Origin: Nitrospirota bacterium
GTDB lineage: Bacteria > Nitrospirota > UBA9217
Assembly: GCA_963754875.1 (NCBI GenBank)
Contig: CAVWHO010000008.1
Coordinates: 160,001-224,000 of the forward strand
Direction: 5' to 3'
DNA length: 64,000 nt
The notes under the pieces are model-generated. The model did no database searches. It was not told where the DNA came from and saw nothing but the letters and a program-made list of their open reading frames with translations. Every line of letters begins with the position of its first letter. Within the stretch, counting starts at the first letter, position 1. Positions 11,301 to 24,583 of this stretch are shown here, piece by piece. The translations under genes and the position numbers were made by a program.

Positions 11301-11422
11301 ATGAATTTAATTGAGATTGTGGATTTCGATATGCAAAATTTATTTTAATGCGTTGCCTGCTCTTTGTCAATAAACAATCAAACAATCGGACTTCGGCAAT
11401 CGTATTTCCCGGGGAATTCAAT

Positions 11423-11499
11423 TGGCGCGCCTGAAGGGATTCGAACCCCTGACCCACAGCTTAGAAGGCTGTTGCTCTATCCACCTGAGCTACAGGCGC
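11423..11499 (-). tRNA. tRNA-Arg(TCT)
   Basis: GCGCCTGTAGCTCAG...ACAGC-CTTCTAA-GCTGT...CCA. Confidence 0.95.
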
Positions 11500-11577
11500 A
11501 TTCAAAATGCGGAATTCGGAATGGCGAATTCGGAATTTGAAAGTCCGTAGCCCATGCCTCTCATTCCGCATTTAAAT

Positions 11578-11654
11578 TGGTCGGGGCGAGAGGATTTGAA
11601 CCTCCGGCTTTCTGCTCCCAAAGCAGACGCGCTACCGGGCTGCGCCACGCCCCG
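11578..11654 (-). tRNA. tRNA-Pro(TGG)
   Basis: CGGGGCGTGGCGCAGCCCGG...TCTGC-TTTGGGA-GCAGA...CCA. Confidence 0.95.
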
Positions 11655-11836
11655 AGGTACTTTGCTGCTGTTTACCCCTGACTTGTAGGCCATATAATAC
11701 TCACACTCCTGCGCATTGTCAAGCGCTATGTATCTGCCAAACAAGCAGATTCGGTCCATCCCGGCTTGTCCTTCCCGGTCGTCGGGCAATCGATTTCCCC
11801 TTGAAATGCCCTACATTTTATACTATGATTATCGCC

Positions 11837-12091
11837 ATGGAAGAACGGATAGGTTCGGTCATCAAGTTTTTCGAAAAAACCTCAATCGCGGCGATCAAGC
11901 TTGATTTCGACGATCTCGTCATCGGCGACCTGATCCGCATTAAAGGGTCGACGACCGACTTTACCCAGAGGATCGATCTTATGGAATTCGACCACAAACC
12001 GGCAGACAAGGCAAGCCGCGGCCAGTTCATTGGCATCAAAGTTTCCCATCCGGCAAAACCATTCGACCTCGTGTACAAGGTAACCGCATAA
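11837..12091 (+). CDS. Small beta-barrel protein (U32 peptidase C-terminal / EF-Tu domain II-like)
   Basis: [18 protein letters not shown]...[15 protein letters not shown]...GQFIGIKV pattern. Confidence 0.7.
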   Translation: MEERIGSVIKFFEKTSIAAIKLDFDDLVIGDLIRIKGSTTDFTQRIDLMEFDHKPADKASRGQFIGIKVSHPAKPFDLVYKVTA

Positions 12092-12101
12092 ACGCCTGAC
12101 G

Positions 12102-13073
12102 ATGCTCACGTATATTATAAAACGCGCGCTTCTGATGATCCCTATCCTTATCGGCATAACGGTGCTGAGCTTCGGCGTCATGCGTCTTGCTCCCGGCGGG
12201 CCGGCCGAGGCGCAGATGGATTTCTCGGCAAAAGCGTCGGCCGAAGCACGGGAGCGGCTCCGAAAGCTTTACGGCGCCGACCAGCCGTTTTATAAACAGT
12301 ATGCCACGTGGCTGGGGAAGTTCGTGACCCTTGATTTCGGCGAGGCCTTTGCCGACGGACGCAAGGTCAAAGACAAAATCCTGGAGTGCCTGCCAATCAC
12401 GCTCACGATCAACCTTCTTTCTCTCGGGCTCGTGCTTCTGATCGCCATACCCATCGGCATCATGTCCGCCACACGACAATACTCGCTCCTCGACCGTTTC
12501 ACGACCATGTTCGTTTTCGTCGGTTTTTCTACACCGTCGTTCTGGCTTGCTCTTCTGCTCATCTATCTCTTCAGCGTACAATGGGGCGTACTTCCGATTT
12601 CAGGCATCCACAGTCTTGATATTTCGGGCTTGACCTTCTGGGGCAAACTCGCAGACGAAGCAAACCACCTGATCCTTCCCGTGTTCGTCTCCGCCTTTGC
12701 AGGGCTCGCAGGGTTTTCACGGTATGTGCGGAACAACATGCTGGAAGTCATGCGCCAGGATTACATCCGGACAGCGCGGGCCAAAGGCCTCTCAGAAAAA
12801 ATCGTCATTTACAAACATGCGCTCCGGAACGCTCTCATGCCGGTAATTACCATCCTCGGCCTTTCCCTGCCGGGCATTATAGGCGGCAGCGTCATCATGG
12901 AAACGGTCTTCGGCATCCCTGGCATGGGACAACTTATGTACCTGGCAGTGCTGTCAAGGGATTATAACCTCGCCATGGGCATTCTCGTGCCCGGTGCGTT
13001 TCTGACAATGCTCGGAAATTTCTTTGCCGATGTCGCTTACGCGCTTACAGACCCGCGGGTAAGGCTGAAATAA
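12102..13073 (+). CDS. Dipeptide/oligopeptide ABC transporter permease (DppB/OppB type)
   Basis: [26 protein letters not shown] motifs. Confidence 0.92.
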   Translation: MLTYIIKRALLMIPILIGITVLSFGVMRLAPGGPAEAQMDFSAKASAEARERLRKLYGADQPFYKQYATWLGKFVTLDFGEAFADGRKVKDKILECLPITLTINLLSLGLVLLIAIPIGIMSATRQYSLLDRFTTMFVFVGFSTPSFWLALLLIYLFSVQWGVLPISGIHSLDISGLTFWGKLADEANHLILPVFVSAFAGLAGFSRYVRNNMLEVMRQDYIRTARAKGLSEKIVIYKHALRNALMPVITILGLSLPGIIGGSVIMETVFGIPGMGQLMYLAVLSRDYNLAMGILVPGAFLTMLGNFFADVAYALTDPRVRLK

Positions 13074-13112
13074 ACTGGGTCAGGGCGTTGGTGCAAGGGC
13101 AGGTTATATCAT

Positions 13113-13135
13113 GTAGCCGCAGGCTTCAGCCTGCG
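13113..13135 (+). repeat. GTAG-type REP (GTAGCCGCAGGCTT family), copy 1
   Basis: GTAGCCGCAGGCTTCAGCCTGCG; related copies at 27479-27501 (-) and 48667-48689 (+). Confidence 0.75.
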
Positions 13136-13159
13136 TCGAGATAATCGACAGGAATGTAT

Positions 13160-14014
13160 ATGGCAAAGAACGCCGAATCCTTCATATCCCGGACTCTTCA
13201 TTATCTGATGAAGAACAAACTTGCGGTCCTCGGTGGGCTACTGGTGCTGCTCGTCTTCCTGCTTTCGATCTTTGCACCCCGGATCGCCCCCTATGACCCG
13301 TCCAAAATCGACATCAAAAACATCCTCGTCGGCCCGAGTTGGTCGCATCTTCTTGGTACCGACGATCTGGGCAGGGACGTCCTTTCAAGAATGCTGTGGG
13401 GTGGACGGATTTCTCTCGAAGTAGGGTTCGTCGCAGTCGGGATCGCGACCATCATCGGCCTTATCCTCGGTTCCCTAGCGGGATTTTACGGGGGCTGGAT
13501 CGACAGCGCCGTCATGCGGGCGGTGGACATTATGCTGAGCATCCCCACAATTTTTCTCGTGCTTGCCGTGATCGCAATACTCGAACCGAGCATCATCAAC
13601 ATCATGATCGTGATCGGCCTCACGAGCTGGATGGAGCCGGCCCGGCTCATCCGGGCGGAATTCATATCGCTCAAGGAACGCGAGTTCGTGATTGCGGCGC
13701 GCGCTATCGGCGCAGCAGACGGCAGGATCATCATGAGGCACGTCCTGCCGAACGGCCTCTCCCCGATCCTCGTCTCCGCCACCATGGGTATCGGCGGCGC
13801 CATCCTCATCGAGTCTGCTTTAAGCTTCCTCGGCCTCGGCGTCCAACCGCCCACGCCCTCCTGGGGCAGCCTCCTGTCATCGGGCAAGGACAATATCGAG
13901 ATCGCCTGGTGGCTCTCGGCCTTCCCGGGCCTCGCAATCCTTATTACCGTCCTCGGCTATAATCTGCTCGGCGAAGGGATCCGAGACGCACTCGATCCAC
14001 GGCAAAGAGAATAG
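13160..14014 (+). CDS. Dipeptide/oligopeptide ABC transporter permease (DppC/OppC type)
   Basis: HLLGTDDLGRDV, EREFVIAARAIG, SFLGLGVQPPTPSWG, GIRDALDPR. Confidence 0.92.
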   Translation: MAKNAESFISRTLHYLMKNKLAVLGGLLVLLVFLLSIFAPRIAPYDPSKIDIKNILVGPSWSHLLGTDDLGRDVLSRMLWGGRISLEVGFVAVGIATIIGLILGSLAGFYGGWIDSAVMRAVDIMLSIPTIFLVLAVIAILEPSIINIMIVIGLTSWMEPARLIRAEFISLKEREFVIAARAIGAADGRIIMRHVLPNGLSPILVSATMGIGGAILIESALSFLGLGVQPPTPSWGSLLSSGKDNIEIAWWLSAFPGLAILITVLGYNLLGEGIRDALDPRQRE

Positions 14015-14076
14015 ATAACGTTGCCCTCTGCATATTGGCAGGGAAATAGCGAACAAAAAGGGTTGAGACAAACAAT

Positions 14077-14107
14077 GAGGGGTTACGGTGCTGCCGTAAC
14101 CCCTTCG
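14077..14107. terminator. Hairpin between convergent genes (likely bidirectional terminator)
   Basis: AGGGGTTACGG-TGCTG-CCGTAACCCCT inverted repeat. Confidence 0.6.
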
Positions 14108-14140
14108 TTTTGTGCCGGATGCAAGGGATGGATCGGTTTT

Positions 14141-15230
14141 TTATTTCGACGTTGCCTGTTTCCTGGCCTTCTTTTTGTTCGACCGATACCTTCCGATGGC
14201 CTTAGCGTGAGCACCGAAATCTTTTGAGAAAAAGTGGCTGCCGTCGCCCTGGGCTACGAAGAAAAGATAGTCATCATTATCGGGATAGAGCGCGGCAAGG
14301 ATCGAGCCCTCACCGGGATTTGAGATCGGGCCCGGGGGCAGCCCCTTGTGCAGATAGGTATTATAGGGTGATTTCCGCCTGAGGTCCTGTGCCGTGACTT
14401 TCGTTATCCACGCTTTTGTTCCGTAGACCGCGGTCGGGTCCGCCTGGAGTTTCATCCCGAGTTTGAGGCGGTTCTGGTACACCGCTGCAATGAGTTTGCG
14501 TTCTGAAGGCACTTTTGCCTCTTTCTCGACGATGGAAGCCAGCGTGATGATCTGGTGTTCGCTAAAGCCGAGTTCCTCTGCCCGGTTCCGGTAACTGTCG
14601 ACAAATACAGCTTGGTAACGTTGGACCATTTTCCTGGGAATGTCTTCCAGTTTGGTCCCCTTGGGGAAAAAATAGGTGTCCGGGAAGAGATAGCCTTCAA
14701 GCGAATCGGCATCGATTCCGAGCGAATGGACATACTCCTTGTTCTTCACGAGCTTGATAAATTCCTGCGGATCGGAGACAAGCGGCGTACCGGAAAGCGT
14801 CCAGGCGATCTGGTACAGGTTGTATCCTTCGGGGATCACCACTTCGTATTCGATGATCTTGCCCTTGCGCAAGGCATCGAGCACTTCCCACAGGCTCATG
14901 TTCGTAGCTAAACCCGTAATAGCCGACCCGGACTTTGCGGCTGATGCCCTCAATCCTGCCGATGATCTCGAAGTAGCCCCGGTAGCGGATGATCCCTTCT
15001 TTCCGGAGTGTTGACGCGATCGCTTTGAAGCTCATGCCGTCGGTGATCTGGACTTCTTTCCAGACTTTCTCGTTCGTTGGCGGCACAAAGAGCGCAATGT
15101 AAAAATGGACGATGACGGTCAATATTATTGTCGAAGCGAGGAACGCCAGCCAGGGATTTTTCTTGATCCCTTTGCGCGACCGCTCCTGCCGTCGCTGCCG
15201 GCTCTGTTTATTTTCTTCTTGCACAGTCAA
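14141..15230 (-). CDS. mltG: Endolytic transglycosylase MltG (one apparent frameshift)
   Basis: IPEG, LEGYLFPDTY, LASIVEKE, LQADPT, SPYNTY..GLPPGPISNPG; N-terminal TM lies in ORF 14697-15230. Confidence 0.93.
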
Positions 15231-15287
15231 TAACCTCGCATCACGTACTCATAAGCCTGGGGAATACATCCACCGGGGATTTCTCGG

Positions 15288-16996
15288 TTATAACTGCCCC
15301 GATCTGAGTATTCCAACGAGTATCCAAAGGCCCAAAAGCGCTGCTACAACATACCCTATCAGGCCGAACATTGGCAAGCCGAAAAGCAGAGGGCCCTGAG
15401 CCGAGTGGATGATGATGGATGAAGCCACAATGATGGCCGCGGTGATGACACTGAACGCCAGCCGGTTGCTCGACTTGTCGATGTCCCTGATCAGATGATG
15501 AAGTTCCTCATGATGGATGTTGATCCGAATCTCTCCGTGAGTGACTTTTCTGAACGCCGCTTTGACCTGTCTCGGCAAGAGCATCAAGTTATCGCCGAAT
15601 TCCTCCAGGTTCTTCTTCATGTTTTGAGCAACCTTGATCGGGTTCCTCCTGCGACGAATGAGGTCCGCAACGTAGGGCGTCGCCGCCTCGAAATAATTGA
15701 ACTCGGGATCAAGCTGTTTCAAGATGCCCTCAAGGGTGATAAGCGACTTGTCCATGAGGTACAGGTTGGACGGCAGCTTCAAACGGTGCCGGAGCAAGAG
15801 GTGGGTGACGCGGTCGATGTAGGCGCCGAAATCTATCTGTTTCACCTGCATGACGTAGTAGGGTTCGAGCAGTTCGACCAGGTCTTGCTTCATCTCCCGC
15901 TGAAACTGTTCTAGTATCGACGGACGTCTCGGACACGAACCCGAGTTCCACGTACTGCCGGACAAGCGCGTCATAATCATGGTCAGCCAGGGCGAGAAAA
16001 ATGGACGCAAAATGTTCCATGTTCTCCTCGGTAACACGTCCCATGATGCCGAAGTCCACGAGCCCGAGCCTGCCGTCGGGGAGCACGAAAATATTTCCCG
16101 GGTGAGGATCGGCGTGGAAGAAACCGTCCTGCAGCACCATCTTGAAATATGCCGCGCCCCCCTTTCGGGCGATTTCCTTTCGGTCATACCCCTCGCGGTC
16201 AAGACGCTCGTACTCGTCGATCCGGATCCCCGCGATTTCCTCAAGGACAAGGACCCTCTTGCTCGACAAATCGGCGTAGACCTGCGGGACATAGAGAACC
16301 GGACTGCTGCTGAAATTCTTGCGGAGCTGGGTGGCGTTCGACGCTTCGATGAAAAAATCGAGTTCCCGTTTGATCGTGCGTGCGAACTCTTCAATAATAC
16401 CCGGCAGATCGTAGGGGGCGATCTCGGGGATCTGCGCTTCGATGAGTTCGGCAAGCCATCGCATGATGCTGATGTCCCGTTCGATGATGCGCACGATATG
16501 GGGCCGCTGGACCTTGACCATGACCGCACTGCCGTCCGGCAGCGTGGCCCGGTGCACCTGGGCGATGGACGCGGCCGCAACAGGAACACGGTCAAAGGAA
16601 GTGAACAGCGAGCTGATCGGCGCCTTGAGGTCCTCTTCAATGATCTTCGTTGCTTCAGCGGAAGGGAACGGTGCGACAGAGTCCGTCAATTTCAGGAATT
16701 CGCGGGAATATTCGATGGGCAGCATGTCCGGCCGGCACGCCAGCACCTGCCCGAATTTGATGAACGTCGGCCCCAGGTCTTCGAACATCAGCCGGAGACG
16801 TTCCGGCATGCTGACACGATGCGCAAGTGGACGGGGGCTTTTTGAACGAAATAATACGTCTGCTCAGCGAGAAGAACCGCTGAAGACCAAGCTGTTCCAC
16901 AAGATGGCCGAACCCGTGGCGGGAAGCCACAGCGATGATCCGGCCGATCCGCGGGATGTCCCGGATATGTCTTCTCCTGAAGCCGAAAAGAGGCAT
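15288..16996 (-). CDS. UbiB/AarF (ABC1) family kinase-like protein (apparent frameshifts)
   Basis: LGPTFIKFGQ, AASIAQVH, VKVQRP, GFFHADPHPGN, DFG; C-terminal TM segments. Confidence 0.9.
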
Positions 16997-17019
16997 TGGT
17001 GCCGCTCTGGGACGGGAAT

Positions 17020-17340
17020 TTAGTCCCCGCCCTTTCCGTCGCCACCCTCAAGTTTCGAGAGCCGCGCGGACAGACCCTGGATTTTTTTCTCCAGGCTCGC
17101 CATGTCGTCGCGGGTCGGGATATTGAACTTTTCAAAGGCGGCAGAAATCGCGTCCTTGACCTTGTGATCCATGTCTTTGGTGCTCTCCTCGGCCTTGGAG
17201 ACCCATTCCTTGACAAGCGTAGCGCCCTCGTTCTTGGAAAGCTCCCCTGCCTTCACCAGCTCGTCGACAAACTCCTTGGCTTTCTCTTGTGCGCCCAATC
17301 CTGCCAGCATAGCCTTCTTGATGACTTCTGCAACCGTCAT
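17020..17340 (-). CDS. Phasin-like / PHA granule-associated family protein
   Basis: LAGLGA..EKAKEFVDELVKAGELS and NIPTRDD pattern; the usual neighbour of ubiB-like genes. Confidence 0.75.
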   Translation of the reverse strand: MTVAEVIKKAMLAGLGAQEKAKEFVDELVKAGELSKNEGATLVKEWVSKAEESTKDMDHKVKDAISAAFEKFNIPTRDDMASLEKKIQGLSARLSKLEGGDGKGGD

Positions 17341-17358
17341 GGTAGCCTCCTTTAGGAA

Positions 17359-20021
<2,663 letters not shown>

Positions 20022-20264
20022 AGCAAAACTCCTTTAATACAGGGAGTGATTATTTTGCAGATAGGAAGATAACAGAAATAACGGAAGAATTCAATATTGC
20101 TGAAATGCGAACCGGGATTTGCTTCACGCTTATTTCCAATGATTATTGTTTAACGACTACAAATAATTTTTTACGGGATCTGCCGAATCAAAGCCTTATG
20201 CAGCTACTCTTCTGACAGCTCCGTTTCCGAAGTCATGAGGTTTGCGGCACGGGTCTCTCAAGTT

Positions 20265-20715
20265 TCACTCAGAATCCCCAATGGCTTCAACATCAGCCAG
20301 ATCCTTCTTCCGCCCCAATGCCTTTTTGTTGCGAAGGAACTCCCTCTTCCCGATAAAATAAACCGGGGTGTCGCCAAAATTTCCCTGTAACGCGCCCTGC
20401 TGCTGCTGCTTCCCAGGAGACCCCGGTAAGCGAAGTTATGATATCAACCCTCACTGGAGGAACGCCAAGCTGCACAACCTTGTCCAAAGCAGTGAAATCC
20501 GTAACGACAAGCCCAAGCGATCCGAAGCCGAACGAATCAAGCGCCCGAAGAATGCGTTGTCCATTTTCCGCGTCCGGCCGAATCAAGATGTCCAAATCTC
20601 CGGTATATCTCGGCGAACCGTGATAAGCTAGTGCAAAAGCACCCACGATCATATAATCTACGTTATGAGCGTTGAATAATGCGAGCAGTTCTTTGTAGTC
20701 GTTCTGAGTTTCCAT
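20265..20715 (-). CDS. Minimal nucleotidyltransferase (pol-beta fold), frameshift near the C-terminus
   Basis: VGAFALAYHGSPRYTGDLD motif; the end reads ..RKKDLADVEAI in the shifted frame. Confidence 0.75.
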
Positions 20716-20846
20716 GACGCTCTCTCCGCAGCCAGTTCGACCGCTTCAATACGCTCTTCAGAAGATTTTGACAACCAGTAGGCGAGATTCTCCTTTAGCT
20801 CCGAAATACCATGCAGGTTTGCTTTCCTTACGATTTTAGTAATCAT
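20663..20846 (-). CDS. Small partner protein of the nucleotidyltransferase
   Basis: LAYWLSKSSEERIEAVE...RLQRTARIIQRS (one indel); overlaps the NTase start. Confidence 0.6.
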
Positions 20847-20869
20847 ATTCACCATCGATCTAAGGAACG

Positions 20870-21390
20870 CTATTCTATCGTCTTTATGATGTTACGGATG
20901 ATCTCGTAGGAAAACCCTTTTCTCTCCAGGAAACCGGCAAGCCGCCGGTACTTTGTCTCCCGGTCAGCTGATTTCAGTCGAAGAGAGTTTTTTCTCCGCC
21001 GCCTTTTTCGCGGTCTCGATTTCCGTATCACCTTCGAAAACCCGGGCGAGCGTGTCGCTTACGATCGGCGTTCTATCCCTTTGTTCCCGAGTTCCCGTTC
21101 AACCCTTCGTTTGCCCAACCCGCGCAGCCTGATCCGGCTGGAAGCAAACTGCTCTGCAAACTGACGATCGTTCACGTATCCCAACCGCGACCAGATCGTC
21201 CAGGACTGCATCAATGACAACCTGCGTCAAATGCTTTGTCCTGAAGTTTTTGCCTCAGTTCAGCGCGGCTTCTCGGTCGGTACGTGAGAAGGCGATAAGC
21301 CGCATTCCTGGCCCGGACAACTATCTTGTCGTCCTTGTCCTGCCACTGTCCCGCGGCCTTTGTCCCCTCTTCTAATTCCGCATTCCCCAT
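20870..21390 (-). CDS. recX: Regulatory protein RecX (apparent frameshifts; start uncertain)
   Basis: AAYRLLTYRPRSRAELRQKL, GYVNDRQFA, RLAGFLERKGFSYEII. Confidence 0.85.
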
Positions 21391-21525
21391 ACCGCAATCG
21401 TCATCCCGGGCACTGCCTTCATTTTTCAATGCAAATTCCGTTGCACACTCGCTTTCGAGCTTGCACCCAGTGCTATGAGTGCTCGCCACGAATACAGGGA
21501 GTGCAGGGTGAAAATCCTGCATGGA

Positions 21526-22698
21526 TCACTTTTCCCCGAACCGGTCTATCTTGAATTCCGTACCGCCGCCCGGCTTCTTTGGGACGGTTTTCCGCTTCTC
21601 ATCCTCTTCCTCGGCCATATCACTCGTGGACTGGATCCCCTTGACTTTGAGGGCGAAGTCGTCAGGATTACTTGCCGTCAGCAGCGCCTCATCATAGGTG
21701 ATATATCCCTTTTTGTAGAGCATGAGGAGCGACTGGTCAAAGGTCTGCATGCCGTAGTGCGTGAGTCCTTGCGCGATGATCGACGGGATCTGGCGCGTCT
21801 TGGCATCATCGATGATGGCCTCGCGGACCGACAGGGTGCCGAGCAGGACTTCCGCGGCCGGTACGCGGCCGCTTCCGTCTGCCTTGGCAACAAGCCGCTG
21901 GGAAACTATGCCCTTGATCACCGAAGCAAGCTGCATCCGCACTTGCTTTTGCTGGTACGGCGGAAACACGGTAATGATCCGGTTGATCGTTTCAGATGCG
22001 TCCAGGGTATGGAGCGTGGAGAGCACAAGGTGGCCGGTCTCGGCCGCGGTCAGGGCCGTCGAAATGGTCTCGAAATCGCGCATTTCGCCCACGAGGATCA
22101 CGTCGGGGTCCTGGCGCAGGGAACTCCTGAGCGCGTCGCTGAAGCTGAACGTATCGCTGCCGATCTCGCGCTGGTTCACGATGCTCTTTTTATCTCTATG
22201 GAGGAATTCGATCGGGTCCTCGATCGTGATGATGTTCGCGGTGCGGGCGGTGTTGATGTAATCGATCATTGCCGCAAGGGTCGTTGATTTACCGCTTCCC
22301 GTCGTCCCCGTCACGAGAATGAGACCGCGCTGCTCGTTCGCTATCTTCTGCAGCACCGTCGGCAGCATGAGGTCCTCGAAGGTCAGGATCTTGACCGGGA
22401 CCTGTCGAAACACCATGCCCACGCTCCCGCGCTGCTGGAACACGTTCACGCGGAACCGGCCGAGCCCCGGCACGGCATAGGCCATGTCGAGCTCGTTCTT
22501 TTCCTTGAACTTGGTTTTCTGGGCCGGGTTCATGATGCTGAGCGCGATATTGAGCGCATCTTCCTGCGTCGTCCGTTTTTCGGTTTCGATCGGCACGAGC
22601 CTCCCGTCGATCCGAAGAATGGGGGGAACGCCGACTTTCAGATGCAGGTCTGACGCCCGTTTTTCAAACGTCATCTTGAGCAGATCATTCAGGTTCAT
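21526..22698 (-). CDS. pilT: Type IV pilus retraction ATPase PilT/PilU
   Basis: ASDLHL, GTTGSGKSTT, EDPIE, LRQDPDVILVGEMRD, AETGHLV.STLH, GMQTFDQ. Confidence 0.92.
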   Translation of the reverse strand: MNLNDLLKMTFEKRASDLHLKVGVPPILRIDGRLVPIETEKRTTQEDALNIALSIMNPAQKTKFKEKNELDMAYAVPGLGRFRVNVFQQRGSVGMVFRQVPVKILTFEDLMLPTVLQKIANEQRGLILVTGTTGSGKSTTLAAMIDYINTARTANIITIEDPIEFLHRDKKSIVNQREIGSDTFSFSDALRSSLRQDPDVILVGEMRDFETISTALTAAETGHLVLSTLHTLDASETINRIITVFPPYQQKQVRMQLASVIKGIVSQRLVAKADGSGRVPAAEVLLGTLSVREAIIDDAKTRQIPSIIAQGLTHYGMQTFDQSLLMLYKKGYITYDEALLTASNPDDFALKVKGIQSTSDMAEEEDEKRKTVPKKPGGGTEFKIDRFGEK

Positions 22699-22724
22699 TT
22701 ATGCCTCCGCATGTTTTTCGGATT

Positions 22725-23828
22725 TTAGTCCTTTTGCTGGTTTTCGCGCCTTTTTCCACGATGCTCTCTTTTTCCTTTGGCGCGGCTTCTTTTGCCGGCG
22801 TGCTTCGGCACTGCCGCGTCAGGCACACCGGCGCCCGGGAGCCCCGCAGCCTGCCGTACCTTCGTCTCGATCTCCTGGGCCATGTCCGCGTGATCGTGCA
22901 GGAACTGTTTTACATTCTCCCGTCCCTGGCCGATCCTCGTCCCGCTGTACGAGAACCATGCTCCGCTCTTCTCGATGATATTTTTGTCGGCACCGATGTC
23001 GATGATCTCGCCGATCTTGGAGATGCCTTCGTTGAACATGATATCGAATTCAGCGGCCCGGAACGGCGGCGCGATCTTGTTCTTCACGACCTTTACCTTC
23101 ACTCTTCCGCCGGTCACTTCCTCGCCTTCCTTGATTGCCGATATCTTGCGGATGTCGAGCCGGACCGAGGCGTAGAACTTGAGCGCGTTGCCGCCTGTCG
23201 TGGTCTCGGGGTTCCCGAACATCACACCGATCTTCATGCGGATCTGGTTGATGAAGATGAGCGTGGTATTGGACTTGCTGATCGCGCCGGTCAGTTTCCT
23301 GAGCGCCTGGCTCATGAGCCGCGCCTGGAGCCCCATATGCGCATCGCCCATCTCGCCCTCGATCTCGGCGCGGGGCGTGAGCGCTGCAACGGAGTCCACG
23401 ATGATCACGTCGATGGCGCCGCTCCGCACAAGCGTTTCGGTGATTTCGAGCGCCTGCTCGCCGGTGTCGGGCTGGGAGATGAGGAGGTCGTCCGTGCGCA
23501 CGCCGAGCTTGCGCGCATAGGTCACGTCGAGGGCATGCTCGGCATCGATGAAGGCCGCTTGGCCGCCTGCCTTCTGCGCCTCGGCGATCATGTGGAGCGC
23601 CAGCGTGGTCTTGCCCGAAGACTCGGGGCCGTAGATCTCGATGATCCTGCCCCGCGGCACGCCGCCCACGCCGAGGGCGATGTCCAGGCCCAGCGACCCG
23701 GTGGATATCGCGGGAATGCCCGCGGGAACTTCCTCCCTGCCCAACCGCATGATGGAGCCCTTGCCGAACTGTTTTTCGATCTGGCCAACCGCCAGTTCCA
23801 ATGCCTTTAACTTGTCCTTGTCCGCCAT
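22725..23828 (-). CDS. recA: Recombinase A
   Basis: [39 protein letters not shown]. Confidence 0.99.
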   Translation of the reverse strand: MADKDKLKALELAVGQIEKQFGKGSIMRLGREEVPAGIPAISTGSLGLDIALGVGGVPRGRIIEIYGPESSGKTTLALHMIAEAQKAGGQAAFIDAEHALDVTYARKLGVRTDDLLISQPDTGEQALEITETLVRSGAIDVIIVDSVAALTPRAEIEGEMGDAHMGLQARLMSQALRKLTGAISKSNTTLIFINQIRMKIGVMFGNPETTTGGNALKFYASVRLDIRKISAIKEGEEVTGGRVKVKVVKNKIAPPFRAAEFDIMFNEGISKIGEIIDIGADKNIIEKSGAWFSYSGTRIGQGRENVKQFLHDHADMAQEIETKVRQAAGLPGAGVPDAAVPKHAGKRSRAKGKREHRGKRRENQQKD

Positions 23829-23909
23829 TTTCTCTCTCCTTTCGCCGCCGCGCGGCTGTCCAGTATTTAGTTTGATTACTATAACTCAGTTCTGTCTCGA
23901 AAATCGGAT

Positions 23910-23929
23910 GTTCACATTGAACGTTGAAC
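23910..23929. promoter_or_regulatory. Candidate operator upstream of recA
   Basis: GTTCA-CAT-TGAAC palindrome plus an extra TGAAC half-site, about 80-100 bp upstream of the recA ATG. Confidence 0.4.
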
Positions 23930-23936
23930 TTTGTAC

Positions 23937-24497
23937 TTATTTAAGCTCCACCTTCCCCATCTCCGTATACACCGCGCCCGATGGTTTGAGCTCGCTCTTC
24001 ATAAGGCTGACTGCTGCCACGTCGAACCCCGACAAACGGATGTCCTTGACTCCCTCAAGCGCTTTGAGCCACTTGTCGCGGGACCGGATGTACTTGATCC
24101 GTCCGAGCGTGAGGTGCGGCGTAAACGCCCGCTCATCACGCTCGAAGCCGATGCCGCTGATCGTCTCTTCGATAACTGCCTGAAGGCTGGAGAGTTTTTC
24201 AACATCGCCGGAAAGTCCGACCCATACAACGCGTGCGTTTTTGGGGCTCGGAAACGTCCCGATACCGCCGACTTCAAGCCGGAACGGCCCGGTCCCTTCA
24301 GCAGCGCGTCGCAGTCCGTTCATGATATCCGGGACCTTTAATTCCGACACCTCGCCCAGAAATTTGAGCGTCAGGTGAATTCCTTCAGGCCTGGTCCAGC
24401 TCGCGTCCACCACACCTAAATCCCTGAGATTGCGTTGGGCTTGGGTCAGTCCAGCCTTGATCTCGTCAGAAATCTCTATGGCGATGAATGTCCTCAT
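23937..24497 (-). CDS. thpR: RNA 2',3'-cyclic phosphodiesterase (2H family)
   Basis: Two HxT motifs, HLTLKFLG and PHLTLGR. Confidence 0.93.
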   Translation of the reverse strand: MRTFIAIEISDEIKAGLTQAQRNLRDLGVVDASWTRPEGIHLTLKFLGEVSELKVPDIMNGLRRAAEGTGPFRLEVGGIGTFPSPKNARVVWVGLSGDVEKLSSLQAVIEETISGIGFERDERAFTPHLTLGRIKYIRSRDKWLKALEGVKDIRLSGFDVAAVSLMKSELKPSGAVYTEMGKVELK

Positions 24498-24583
24498 ATT
24501 TTGGACCAAGGCAACCATGTTGCCGTAACTTGACCGAAGGAACCGTTTCCCGCCTGACGCCGACTCGGTCGGCTCGCTCCATA

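Noticed and set aside
11505..11575. Short GGAAT/TTCCGCA tandem repeats as a CRISPR array (also at about 21372-21400)
   Set aside because: Heptamer-like low-complexity intergenic repeats with no spacers and no cas genes; no CRISPR array was seen in the window.
21526..22698. pilT between recA and recX as a novel DNA-uptake link
   Set aside because: As I recall, recA-pilT-recX-alaS is already known in Geobacter-like genomes.
22701..23810. Long antisense ORFs (e.g. 369 aa opposite recA; others opposite clpX, ubiB, alaS and htpG)
   Set aside because: Shadow ORFs from GC-rich codon bias, with no recognisable motifs.
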